Source: Microcoleus sp. (lineage in GTDB: Bacteria; Cyanobacteriota; Cyanobacteriia; Cyanobacteriales; Microcoleaceae). From it: a DNA stretch of 64,000 nucleotides. Position numbers and translations under genes: made by a program. Below are positions 51,964-62,645 of the stretch, one piece after another. The notes under the pieces were generated by a model that saw nothing but the letters and a program-made list of their open reading frames with translations, was not told the DNA's origin and ran no database searches. Position 1 is the stretch's first letter; the number at the start of each line of letters is the position of its first letter. The stretch covers positions 32,001 through 96,000 of the forward strand of contig JAYFMW010000001.1 of NCBI GenBank assembly GCA_042408215.1. The letters are read 5' to 3'.

Positions 51964-52497
51964 GTAACTCAAGCAACAGAAAAGGCTAAGATGACCTTAC
52001 AAAATAGCATTGACAAGGCTGAAAATATTTGCGGTGCGGCTTCAGATGCGATCCAAAGTGCGATCGATGCTATCGTCAAAAATTGGATGGATTCTCATCC
52101 TGCAATCTTCTGGTTGGTGAGTCATCCACCGATCGGGTTAGCAATGCTGCTGCTATTTATATTGATTATATTGGGTTGGTTCCAGGCTTTAGGTAGCTTT
52201 TTTTGCAGAAGGATGGTTATCTATTTTGCAAATACCTGGAAAATTTATACAAGGGGTTTTCAGTGTCGGCTCTAAATCTGTAAGTAATCTCGGTGGAGTG
52301 GCTGTCAACTCATTGGTTTCAAGGAATCCGGGATTACATAATAATTCAGCTTGACAATTGAGGGGCTTTGAATCAAACAGTTTGGAGTCTCAGGAACGAC
52401 TTGCTAATATTTTGACAAGGTTAGAGGCAATTCGACAAGAGCAGAGTCAGCCTCTTTGAGAAAAAATGCAGAAGTGTCGGCTATTTTAGGCAAGTAA
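51962..52497 (+). pseudogene. 5'-truncated, degraded duplicate of the gene at 43880-44830
   Basis: Near-identical to 44307-44830; T6 to T7 frameshift near 52198-52204 and TTA to TGA near 52352. Confidence 0.9.
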
Positions 52498-52611
52498 TTT
52501 AATGCAGTGCGATCGAGTGTGGCCCGATCGCACTTATGGTAAATTTAAGACATCCAGGCTTTCCATCAAAGCCAGATCAATAAAGGCTTGTAGTCGATCG
52601 CCCAATACGCC

Positions 52612-52797
52612 ATGCCCGATTCCGAATTCTCCGATGATTTAAAATGGACACCCGAAGCCAAAGCCAAGCTGAAAAATATTCCCTACTTTGTCCGGGGAAA
52701 AGCTCGCGTCCGCATCGAGCAGTTGGCCCGCGAAGCTGAAATGGAAGTTGTAACGGTTGAGCTGGTTGAACAAGCTCGCCTCGAATTTGGGCAATAA
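52612..52797 (+). CDS. PCP-reductase-domain small protein
   Basis: [24 protein letters not shown]. Confidence 0.88.
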   Translation: MPDSEFSDDLKWTPEAKAKLKNIPYFVRGKARVRIEQLAREAEMEVVTVELVEQARLEFGQ

Positions 52798-52872
52798 GGG
52801 CTCGAAATGTACCCTAAAGCTTTAGACTATAAATTGCCCGATCTTAATGTTCACAGAGCTACTGAGTCACCC

Positions 52873-53598
52873 GTGCGGAAAATAGTTATTGCTGGCAACT
52901 GGAAAATGTACAAAACCCAGGGTGAAGCCCTGGAGTTTCTCAAAGGGTTCACGTCTTGCTTGACGGAAACCCCAGAAGAGCGGGAAGTTATTTTATGCGT
53001 TCCCTTCACTTCATTGGCCCTCCTCTCGAAAAATCTCCACGGCGGCCGGGTGCGACTCGGTGCTCAGAATGTTCACTGGGAAGAGTCGGGTGCTTACACC
53101 GGGGAAATTTCGGGCCCGATGCTGACAGAAATTGGGGTTAGCTACGTCATCATCGGGCACAGCGAACGCCGTCAATATTTTGGTGAAACTGACGAAACGG
53201 TGAATTTGCGACTCAAAGCTGCTCAGAAGTACGGTTTAATTCCGATTTTGTGTGTCGGGGAAACCAAGCAACAGCGAGATGCAGGGGAAACTGAAGCTCA
53301 CATTTTCTCTCAGTTGGCAAAAGATTTGGTTGATGTTGACCAAGAAAAGTTGGTTATTGCTTACGAACCGATTTGGGCGATCGGCACTGGTGATACTTGC
53401 GAAACCAAGGAAGCTAACCGAGTGATTGGTTTGATTCGCTCTAAATTGAGCAATCCTGACGTACCGATTCAATACGGCGGTTCTGTGAAACCGGAAAATA
53501 TTGATGAAGTCATGGCTCAGCCAGAGATTGACGGGGTTTTGGTTGGCGGTGCGAGTTTGGAAGCTGCGAGTTTCTCGCACATTGTCAATTATCAGTAA
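52873..53598 (+). CDS. tpiA: Triosephosphate isomerase
   Basis: [39 protein letters not shown] start at 52873. Confidence 0.98.
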   Translation: MRKIVIAGNWKMYKTQGEALEFLKGFTSCLTETPEEREVILCVPFTSLALLSKNLHGGRVRLGAQNVHWEESGAYTGEISGPMLTEIGVSYVIIGHSERRQYFGETDETVNLRLKAAQKYGLIPILCVGETKQQRDAGETEAHIFSQLAKDLVDVDQEKLVIAYEPIWAIGTGDTCETKEANRVIGLIRSKLSNPDVPIQYGGSVKPENIDEVMAQPEIDGVLVGGASLEAASFSHIVNYQ

Positions 53599-53719
53599 TA
53601 TCATTTCCGTTTAATTCGGAATTGTATCTGATGAAGTTCTGTAGGGACGGGTTCACCAACAATATCTAACAAGTACCAGCAATCTCAAGAAACCCGCCCC
53701 CACCCAACAGTAAATCGCC

Positions 53720-54279
53720 ATGAGTACCATCGTTAAACCCAAACCCACCTTAGAGCATTTCCTCAAACTTCCTGAAACTGAGCCGGCCTCAGAATTTCTG
53801 GACGGAGAAATCAATCAGAAGCCCATGCCGCAAGGTGAACATAGCGTACTTCAAGGTGAACTCTGCAAGACGATCAATCAAGTAGCGAAAACTCGGAAAA
53901 TTGCCCATGCTTTTCCAGAGTTATACTGCACCTTTGGCGGCGCGTCAATCGTCCCAGATGTAGCAATATTCCGATGGGAAAGAATTCCTTTTTTGCCCTC
54001 TGGTAGAATTGCTAACCGCTTTGAAATCAATCCAGATTGGTCGATCGACATTCTATCCCCAAATCAAAGCCAAACAAAAGTGCTGAGTAAATTACTCCAC
54101 TGTTCGCGACACGGAACTGAGTTGGGGTGGTTATTAGACCCAGAAGAAGAGAGTATTTTGGCGGTATTTCCAGGAAAAAAAGTAGAACTAATAAAGGTTC
54201 AGCTCTATTGCCAATAATTGATAAAATTGAATTAAAATTGACAGTTGATACTGTTTTTAGCTGGTTGAGTTTTGGTTGA
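53720..54279 (+). pseudogene. Uma2 family gene frameshifted near its 3' end
   Basis: LPETEPASE, QKPMPQGEHS, SIVPDV; the expected tail KGSALLPIIDKIELKLTVDTVFSWL lies in another frame after ~54190. Confidence 0.75.
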
Positions 54280-54520
54280 ACAGTCCTGGACGCATTAAGA
54301 CTCAAAGAAACCGGGTTTTTTACAGAATCTGTGGGTGGCCACGAAATATTGTCGTGAAAAAACCCGGTTTCTGGCTACCCGGACGTCTAGTAAAATCTCA
54401 AATCCCACTATCCCATGATATCAAATCCGGTAGCATCGGAATTATTCATCTCTCTCTTCTCTCCCTCTGCGCCCTCTGCGCCCTCTGCGGTTAAATCATT
54501 CCGATGCAACCGGAAACGAT

Positions 54521-55390
54521 ATGACAAATAACAACAACAAAATGATAATTAGAAATAAAGTTTTCGAGTGGGGAAAACGCACTTATTTAATGGGCGTTTT
54601 GAATGTTACCCCTGATAGTTTTAGCGACGGCGGCGATTTCAATACCATAGAATCGGCTTTAGCGCAAGCTGAAAATATGGTAAAATATGGAGTAGATATT
54701 ATTGATATTGGCGGTCAATCTACTCGACCCGGTGCTGCGGAAATATCCTTAGAAGAGGAGATCGATCGAGTCATTCCTGTTGTCCAAATGCTGCGACAAA
54801 AAGCAGATGTTTTTGCAGATATACCTATTTCTGTTGATACTACCAGAGCGGATGTTGCCCAAGCTGCTGTGGCTGCGGGAGCCGATATAATTAACGATAT
54901 TTCGGGAGCTACTTTTGACTCGGAAATGCTGTCAACCGTTGCTAAATTAGCAGTTCCCATAATTTTGATGCACCTGCGGGGAACTCCCCAAACGATGCAA
55001 AAACTCACAGATTATCGGGATTTAATTGGGGAAATTGGCGAATTTTTAGAGAGTCGAATTGCCGCAGCATTAGCAGCAGGAATTGACAAATCTCAAATAA
55101 TTATCGACCCCGGTATTGGCTTTGCTAAGACTTACAGTCAAAACTTAGAAATTCTGCGCGATTTGCCAAAATTTCGTTCTTTAAACTGTCCGATTTTAGT
55201 CGGAGTATCGCGAAAAAGCTTCATCGGACAGATTTTGAATCAGCCAGAAGCAAAACAAAGAGTTTGGGGGACAGCGGCGGCTTGTACAGGTGCGATCGCG
55301 AATTCTGCCGATATTTTGCGAGTTCACGATGTCAGAGAAATGCACGATGTCTGTCAGGTAGCCGACGCCATCTTCAGAAATCAGTCTTGA
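54521..55390 (+). CDS. folP: Dihydropteroate synthase
   Basis: MGVLNVTPDSFSDGG, STRPGA, DPGIGF.K, SRKSF, LRVHDV. Confidence 0.97.
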   Translation: MTNNNNKMIIRNKVFEWGKRTYLMGVLNVTPDSFSDGGDFNTIESALAQAENMVKYGVDIIDIGGQSTRPGAAEISLEEEIDRVIPVVQMLRQKADVFADIPISVDTTRADVAQAAVAAGADIINDISGATFDSEMLSTVAKLAVPIILMHLRGTPQTMQKLTDYRDLIGEIGEFLESRIAAALAAGIDKSQIIIDPGIGFAKTYSQNLEILRDLPKFRSLNCPILVGVSRKSFIGQILNQPEAKQRVWGTAAACTGAIANSADILRVHDVREMHDVCQVADAIFRNQS

Positions 55391-56220
55391 GCAGTGTGAG
55401 CATCAATAACTTTCATTTCCCCTGGGTGAGAGTTCGGCTCAAGTTCAGACATAGAACCCATCAACTCGCCCAGAGCTTCTGTCATGCACTTCGGGTCCAT
55501 AAACAGAATTTTGGCATTATCGCTTTCGCCCAATTTTTGTTGAGCTTCCAAGTATTTTTCTGTTACTAAGTAATTCAAAACTTGCTGGCTATTGGGATGG
55601 GAATCGAGAGCCTCAACTAAGACTCTCATGTACTCTTTAGTACCAGTAGCTTTATTGACCATTGCTTGACACTCGCTCTTGGTGGCCTGCTCCAATTCCA
55701 TAGCTTCTTTCACCCTTTTGGGAGGTGTAATGTTTTGAATTTCCACCCGGATGACTTTGACGCCCCAAGTTTCAGTAGCTTCGTCCAATTTCTTGAGTAA
55801 CTGCTTATTCATCTCATCTCGTGAACTCAAGATCTCTTTCATGGGTAACCGACCAATTTCACCGCGGAACGTAGTTAAAACTAAGTTGGCGATCGCATTT
55901 TCAATTTGATCGATTCCGTAATAAGCTTTCTGCAAATTTACAACCCGCCAATACACCACGGCATCGACGTCGAGAGCCACATTATCTGCCGTGATGGCTG
56001 ACTGAGGTTTAATATCTAAAACTCTCTCGCGGCTTGTGTCTACGCAGACGACTTTTTCTACCAGGGGGCTGATCAAGTGGAATCCCGGCTTGAGAGTGCG
56101 CTTGTATTGACCCAAACGTTCGACTAAAGCTTCGTCGCCGCCACTGACTATTTTGACAGAGGAGTTAACAGCGTAGCCGAGGATGAGCGCAACGAGCATG
56201 GCTAGAATAGACTGCCCCAT
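55381..56220 (-). CDS. SPFH/band-7 (stomatin-like) protein
   Basis: LVERLG.Y.RTL.PG, ITADNV..DVDAVVY, WGVKV.RVEI. Confidence 0.92.
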   Translation of the reverse strand: MGQSILAMLVALILGYAVNSSVKIVSGGDEALVERLGQYKRTLKPGFHLISPLVEKVVCVDTSRERVLDIKPQSAITADNVALDVDAVVYWRVVNLQKAYYGIDQIENAIANLVLTTFRGEIGRLPMKEILSSRDEMNKQLLKKLDEATETWGVKVIRVEIQNITPPKRVKEAMELEQATKSECQAMVNKATGTKEYMRVLVEALDSHPNSQQVLNYLVTEKYLEAQQKLGESDNAKILFMDPKCMTEALGELMGSMSELEPNSHPGEMKVIDAHTAQD

Positions 56221-56430
56221 TTCTACTTTCCTGCTAAGGTTGACTGAGAGTTGATTCAGGATTCCACTCTAATTTAACTCAAAATGAGCAGTACAGTGCT
56301 ACAATATCTCGACTGTTAATAAGTCCTCACAGTTAGCCACCATTGTCGGACTCTGGAGTGCGATCGTGTACCCTTGGATATCAACAACAAATTTCCCAAA
56401 GACATCAACAATCCACCGCGCAGGAATAAT

Positions 56431-57210
56431 ATGTTATCAAAGAGGAAAAACGATCGAGAGTTTCGCTTCACAAAACTTTTTACCTGGATTGCCCCAAGCA
56501 TTTTGGTGGCGGGAATATGCACTTGGGCAGTTACACCATCGGTAAAAGCTGAGCCAAGCACGCTGCCAAGGCCCCAAAACTTGCAGTCGCAGAACTTACA
56601 GCCACCGGGCAGGCCAAGGCCAGTGAGGGAAGTGATCTCCTACGAGATGAAGGGAGATGAACTCAGGATTTGCAAACAGCAAGGCAACTCCGAGAAAAAG
56701 TGCGAAGTTGTAGGCAAAGGATACACCGTAGGTTTGAGAACTGCCAACGACCTTTACAATCAAGGAAATGTCGCCAATGCCGAAATTTTGTACCGACAAC
56801 TGATTGCTCGCTTTCCGAAACAGGGAGATGCTTATTATAAGTTGGGAACCGTGCTGTCAGCGATCGGTAAAATGAGCGATGCGATCGCCCAATTCCGCCT
56901 CGCAATTCAAGTAAACCCACAACACGCCAAAGCTTACAACGATTTGGGCGTAGCGATGGCAAGTCAAGGCAAGTTGCCTGAAGCAATTGTCGAGTGGAGA
57001 CAAGCCATTAAAATCAATAGCCAATATCCCGATGCTTTAAACAATTTAGGTGTCGCGTTGTTTCAACAAGGAGAGAAGGAAAACCAAGCAGAAGCAGTAG
57101 CTGCGCTCAAAAAAGCTCAGGAATTATTCGTCAAACAAGGTAGAACTCAAGCAGCTAATAGAGTCGAGGAAATTTTACAACAAATTAATTCGCAGTCGAG
57201 CGGATCTTAA
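56431..57210 (+). CDS. TPR-repeat exported protein
   Basis: AYYKLG, AYNDLG and ALNNLG repeats; signal-like segment; start uncertain. Confidence 0.85.
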   Translation: MLSKRKNDREFRFTKLFTWIAPSILVAGICTWAVTPSVKAEPSTLPRPQNLQSQNLQPPGRPRPVREVISYEMKGDELRICKQQGNSEKKCEVVGKGYTVGLRTANDLYNQGNVANAEILYRQLIARFPKQGDAYYKLGTVLSAIGKMSDAIAQFRLAIQVNPQHAKAYNDLGVAMASQGKLPEAIVEWRQAIKINSQYPDALNNLGVALFQQGEKENQAEAVAALKKAQELFVKQGRTQAANRVEEILQQINSQSSGS

Positions 57211-57518
57211 GCTGCATAGGTTGTTGTTATTGGTTATTGGTTATTAGAACCAAGAAATAACAAATAACAAATAACAAATAACAACTAACTAATGACTACT
57301 GACTGCTGACTACTGACTACTGACTTCTTAAAACATAGTAGAGTTTCACAAGCCAACAGAGTCGAGCAAATTTTGCAGGAAATCAATGCACGGTCTAGTG
57401 GTTCTTAAGCTGCATAGGTTGTTGTTATTGGTTATTGGTTATTAGAACCAAGAAATAACAAATAACAAATAACAACTAACAACTAACTAATGACTACTGA
57501 CTGCTGACTACTGACTTC

Positions 57519-58613
57519 TTAAAACATATCCTTCAAAACTTGTAAAATCAAATCCCCATCCACTCGATCGCTCACCGCAGCCTCACCCAAGCGCACCGGT
57601 AGCACAAACCGCACCTTGCCATCCTGCACCTTTTTGTCCAATTGCAAACTCTTCAAAATCTCCTCAACATCTATACCAGCCGGCAATTTCGTAGGCAAAC
57701 CAGCCTTTTCGATCAAAGCTAACTGACGCCCGTCGCACTCAGCATCCCACATTCCCAACTCCACAGCCAACCGGCTCGAAGCCACCATCCCGATACTCAC
57801 ACCTTCCCCGTGATTCACCAGCTTGTAACCAGTCAAACTTTCCACCGCATGGCCGATAGTGTGTCCGTAATTCAAAATCGCCCGCAAACCCGACTCCTTC
57901 TCATCCTTGCTTACCACCTCCGCCTTAGCTTGGCAAGACCTGCTCAAAATTTCTGCCAGCAAATCCGCCTTCACGTAGCGCATTTGATCCAAACGCCTGC
58001 AACTCTCCAACTTCCCGAACAATTCAGCATCCCAAATCACCCCATACTTAATCACTTCCGCCATTGCCGATCGAAACTCCCTCGCCGGCAGAGTTTTCAG
58101 GACATCCGGGTCAATAAACACCAAACGCGGCTGGTGAAAAGCCCCAATTAAATTCTTCCCTAAAGGATGGTTTACCCCGGTTTTACCACCAATAGAAGCA
58201 TCAACCATCGCCAGCAGCGAAGTCGGAACTTGCACAACATTAATTCCCCGCAACCAAGTCGCCGCCGCAAAACCCGTGATATCCCCAACCACTCCGCCGC
58301 CCAAAGCCACCATTGTCGAAGAACGTTCTAAGCGGTTTTCCAAAGCCGCGCCGTAAATCTTCTGCACCGAATTTAAAGTTTTGTACTGTTCCCCCGGTGG
58401 TAAAATGCAGTTACCGACATGAAAACCCGCCGATTCTAGGGCCGCAGCCGTCTTTTCCCCGTAATGCCGAAAAATCGACTGATTCGAGACCAGCAGGACT
58501 TTTTTGCCCAAATTCAGCCCGCCCAGCAGCGTGCCGAGTTCGTCTAAACCGCCGGAACGCACGCAAACATTGTAAGATTGTGGGCCCAAGTCAACTTTAA
58601 TTACTGATTGCAT
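57519..58613 (-). CDS. aroB: 3-dehydroquinate synthase
   Basis: [38 protein letters not shown]. Confidence 0.98.
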   Translation of the reverse strand: MQSVIKVDLGPQSYNVCVRSGGLDELGTLLGGLNLGKKVLLVSNQSIFRHYGEKTAAALESAGFHVGNCILPPGEQYKTLNSVQKIYGAALENRLERSSTMVALGGGVVGDITGFAAATWLRGINVVQVPTSLLAMVDASIGGKTGVNHPLGKNLIGAFHQPRLVFIDPDVLKTLPAREFRSAMAEVIKYGVIWDAELFGKLESCRRLDQMRYVKADLLAEILSRSCQAKAEVVSKDEKESGLRAILNYGHTIGHAVESLTGYKLVNHGEGVSIGMVASSRLAVELGMWDAECDGRQLALIEKAGLPTKLPAGIDVEEILKSLQLDKKVQDGKVRFVLPVRLGEAAVSDRVDGDLILQVLKDMF

Positions 58614-58675
58614 ATTTATCTACTTTAGATATTAGATTTTAGATTATAGTTCTTATAGGTCTTTTTATAAAGAAT

Positions 58676-58967
58676 ACCCTGAAAACCCTGTGACTTTAGT
58701 CCAGGGATGAAAGGGCGTTGCAGGATTTATCCAGCCAGCCCTCTTTATGCAAGACACAAACCACATTCTGTTACCAGAAAAATGTGGGATGGATACACAG
58801 ACGCAGGTCTATACCAGCAAATGCCTACCACAAGTAGCCATAGACTCAGCAATGGGCGAGTGGGTAGTGGGTTATTGACAAACCCTTTAAGAATCAAGAT
58901 TTGGGTGGATTCATCCCCCAAAGTTTGTCCTTAAGAATCCCCGTGTCTTTAGACCGGGGAGTGTCAA
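58676..58967 (+). mobile_element. Non-autonomous IS200/IS605-derived MITE (tnpB deleted, right end/reRNA region retained)
   Basis: Left hairpin CCCTG.GACTTTAGTCCAGGG; right end AAGAATCCCCGTGTCTTTAGACCGGGGAGTGTCAA resembles the right end at 15923; left boundary approximate. Confidence 0.75.
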
Positions 58968-58989
58968 TGATTGTTTTGGAGAAATTGCA

Positions 58990-59240
58990 GTCAGCACCCC
59001 GCACTCTCTGTAACGGCTTCATGCCTAAAACTTCAGTTAGTTGACCAGCTATCGTCTTAACTGACTACGTTTTTTGAGTCACGACACCGGGAGAATGCGT
59101 AGCTAGTTCCTCGCTCTGTCGTCAGTGGTTAAACAGTTTTACTCTTAGGTAAGACAGTGCTGCTGACCTAACAAGCTCATTAAACATTGACCGACAAGCT
59201 AACATTACCCCGAAAGGGAGGCTCTAAAAAAGAGCAAACC
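58990..59240 (+). ncRNA. HEARO / IscB omega-RNA scaffold
   Basis: Ordered motifs GTCA.CACCCC, GTTGACCAG, CTACGTT, GACACC, GAATGC..GCTAGTTCC, GCTCTG, TTAAACAG, CAGTG, AACATTG, ACATTACC. Confidence 0.8.
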
Positions 59241-59450
59241 ATTATGCGTACAGGGTGAAAGGTTTGAAGCAGTAATTGTCCTGTTGAAAGTTCATTACAA
59301 AAGAACCCCGAACTAAGTAATTCCAAGGCGGTAAATGTGTAAATATTCAAGGCGGTTTCAACCGCTAGTGTGATGCCCTTCCTCGTAGTCGAAGGGTCGT
59401 TTCCCTCTCAGGTCTAAAGACGCTGAGTTTCCCACTTACCGAGGATTTTT
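58990..59450 (+). mobile_element. Non-autonomous IscB-type element (iscB deleted)
   Basis: Starts GTCA; HEARO motifs; ATGCGT stub at 59244; terminal hairpin CTCAG..CTGAG; followed immediately by ATGA. Confidence 0.75.
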
Positions 59451-59552
59451 ATGACTCTTAGCGGAATAATAACTTATTTCGGGCTGTTCGGCGGAATGCT
59501 GGGCGTGGCGACAGTGTTGATGTTTGGTCTGCGGGCTGTCAAACTCATCTAA
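59451..59552 (+). CDS. petL: Cytochrome b6f subunit PetL (absent from the ORF track)
   Basis: Manual translation MTLSGIITYFGLFGGMLGVATVLMFGLRAVKLI*, single TM with GLRAVKLI end. Confidence 0.85.
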   Translation: MTLSGIITYFGLFGGMLGVATVLMFGLRAVKLI

Positions 59553-59803
59553 TTTACCCTCTAATTTAGATGTGAGAACCAGAGGATTTAATCTCTGGTA
59601 AAAGTAAGATTTTGGCGATCGCATTTTCGGAAAAAATCTCTAGTTTGCTCTGTAGATTTACGGCGCAAGTGCGATCGCCCCTGAGCAAATAATTGATTTA
59701 AAGCAAAAAATATATTAACTCGCAATCCTGCTTTCCCGTAAAATAACTCGTACCTCCCCCAAATCTCCAATCCAAAATCTAAAATCTAAAATCTAAAATT
59801 GAG

Positions 59804-60394
59804 ATGACTCATTCCACCGATATCGTCAGCCTCGCCCGCTGGATGGCCGCCGACTTCAGCAACCAAGCCCAAGCCTTTGAAAATCCGCCCTTCTTCGCCC
59901 ACATCCGCGTCTGCATGAGACCCCTACCCGTGGAACTTTTGGGCGGCGTAAGTCTGTATCTAGAACAAGCCTACGACATCGAACTGCACGCTCCGTACCG
60001 AGTTCGAGTTTTAAAATTAGTCCCGGTGGGCGATCGCATCGACATCGAAAACTACGCGATCGAAAACGAAGCACAATTTTACGGAGCCTCCCGCGATCTC
60101 CAACGACTCCAAGAACTCAAACAAGCAGAATTTAAACTAATGCCTGGGTGCACCTTTATTACGCACTGGACGGGCAATAGCTTCAAAGGGTTTGTTGAAC
60201 CCGGAAAAGGCTGTATGGTGGTCAGAAAGGGCAAAAAAACCTATCTAGACAGCGAATTCGAGATCGATGGAGACAAATTTATTAGTCACGATCGCGGGCG
60301 CGATCCAGAAACCGACGCCCACGTCTGGGGAGCCCTAGCCGGCCCCTTTGAATTCAGCCGTCGAGCTAGCTTCGCCGATGAAATTCAGGTTTAA
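59804..60394 (+). CDS. cpcT: CpcT/CpeT chromophore lyase
   Basis: LARWMAADFSNQAQAFENPPFFAHIRV, EQAY, PYR.R, DRGRDPET..HVWG. Confidence 0.92.
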   Translation: MTHSTDIVSLARWMAADFSNQAQAFENPPFFAHIRVCMRPLPVELLGGVSLYLEQAYDIELHAPYRVRVLKLVPVGDRIDIENYAIENEAQFYGASRDLQRLQELKQAEFKLMPGCTFITHWTGNSFKGFVEPGKGCMVVRKGKKTYLDSEFEIDGDKFISHDRGRDPETDAHVWGALAGPFEFSRRASFADEIQV

Positions 60395-60505
60395 TAGAAA
60401 AAAACAGGGGGCGATTTAGCAAAAACTCCCTTGATTAAAGGTTCACAATGCACCATTACCTGATACATTAACCCAGTATTGGCAAGCAAGATTCACCGTT
60501 GTTGA

Positions 60506-61657
<1,152 letters not shown>

Positions 61658-61987
61658 ATTCTGGCATCTACCTGCGGGGAAAGAGATTTTTTAACGAACC
61701 GCGAAGGCGCGAAGGGCGCGAAGTAAGAGAAGAGAAAGATGTGCAAGTTCTGAATGAATTTCCCTGTATATTACTTTTTATATCTCTCTTTTCGATCTTT
61801 CTCTCTGTGTCCTCTGTGTCCTCTGCGGTTAATTGAAAAAAATCATCAGGTTTTTACGAATTGCTTGTTTGGGAATGAATACCGTGAAAAGTAGAATTCT
61901 CATCCTGTTGCTTTTAGATGGGATAATTGTCTCTATTGGAATTCACGGAATGTGTATGTTGCCCCAAAAACATTTATATCGTAATTA

Positions 61988-62635
61988 GTGGCAATGAATC
62001 TGCTAACAGAACCCTACTTAAGTCAAGTAAGTAATTGGCCGAAAACAGGTCGTCATATTCTGGCACAATTTGACGAAAATACTGTTGTAGTGTACCAAGC
62101 TTACCGTCCGGCTATCGGTCATTTTGCAGCGGAACACGGTTATTTCGGCGGTGAATTCAGTCTCAATCGCATGAGTTGGATTAAGCCAAATTTCTTATGG
62201 ATGATGTATCGATCGGGATGGGGAACAAAACCCGGACAAGAAGTAATTCTGGCTGTTTGGCTGAGGCGATCGGCTTTTGACGAAATTTTAGCATCCGCTG
62301 TCTATTCTAAGTTCGTTCCAGCAGTGTATGGCAGCGAAAAATCATGGCAACAAGCTGTTAAAAATTCGACTGTACGGCTGCAATGGGACCCCGACCACCA
62401 TCCCAGCGGAGCCAAACTGGAACGGCGGGCAATTCAACTGGGTTTGCGCGGCAGTGTTTTAGCTAGTTACGCGCGAGAATGGATTGTTAAAATCGAGGAT
62501 ATTTCCCAATTCGTGCAGCAACAGCGTCAATATAACGGAGGCGATCGCCCGCAATTACTCACCCCCTCCGAGACAGTCTATCCTGTCATCGACCCCGACA
62601 TCTTCCAGAGGCTAGGATTATCATCGGTTTCCTAA
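61988..62635 (+). CDS. DUF4291 family protein
   Basis: VYQAY, RMSWIKPNFLWMMYRSGWG.K, VRLQWDPD, RRAIQLGL. Confidence 0.88.
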   Translation: MAMNLLTEPYLSQVSNWPKTGRHILAQFDENTVVVYQAYRPAIGHFAAEHGYFGGEFSLNRMSWIKPNFLWMMYRSGWGTKPGQEVILAVWLRRSAFDEILASAVYSKFVPAVYGSEKSWQQAVKNSTVRLQWDPDHHPSGAKLERRAIQLGLRGSVLASYAREWIVKIEDISQFVQQQRQYNGGDRPQLLTPSETVYPVIDPDIFQRLGLSSVS

Positions 62636-62645
62636 ATAATTTATT

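Noticed and set aside
51886..52275. 129-aa ORF as a real gene
   Set aside because: Fusion of MITE sequence with a frameshifted duplicate fragment
58707..58934. 75-aa ORF
   Set aside because: Chimeric frame inside a deleted IS605 MITE; only the last residues resemble a tnpB tail
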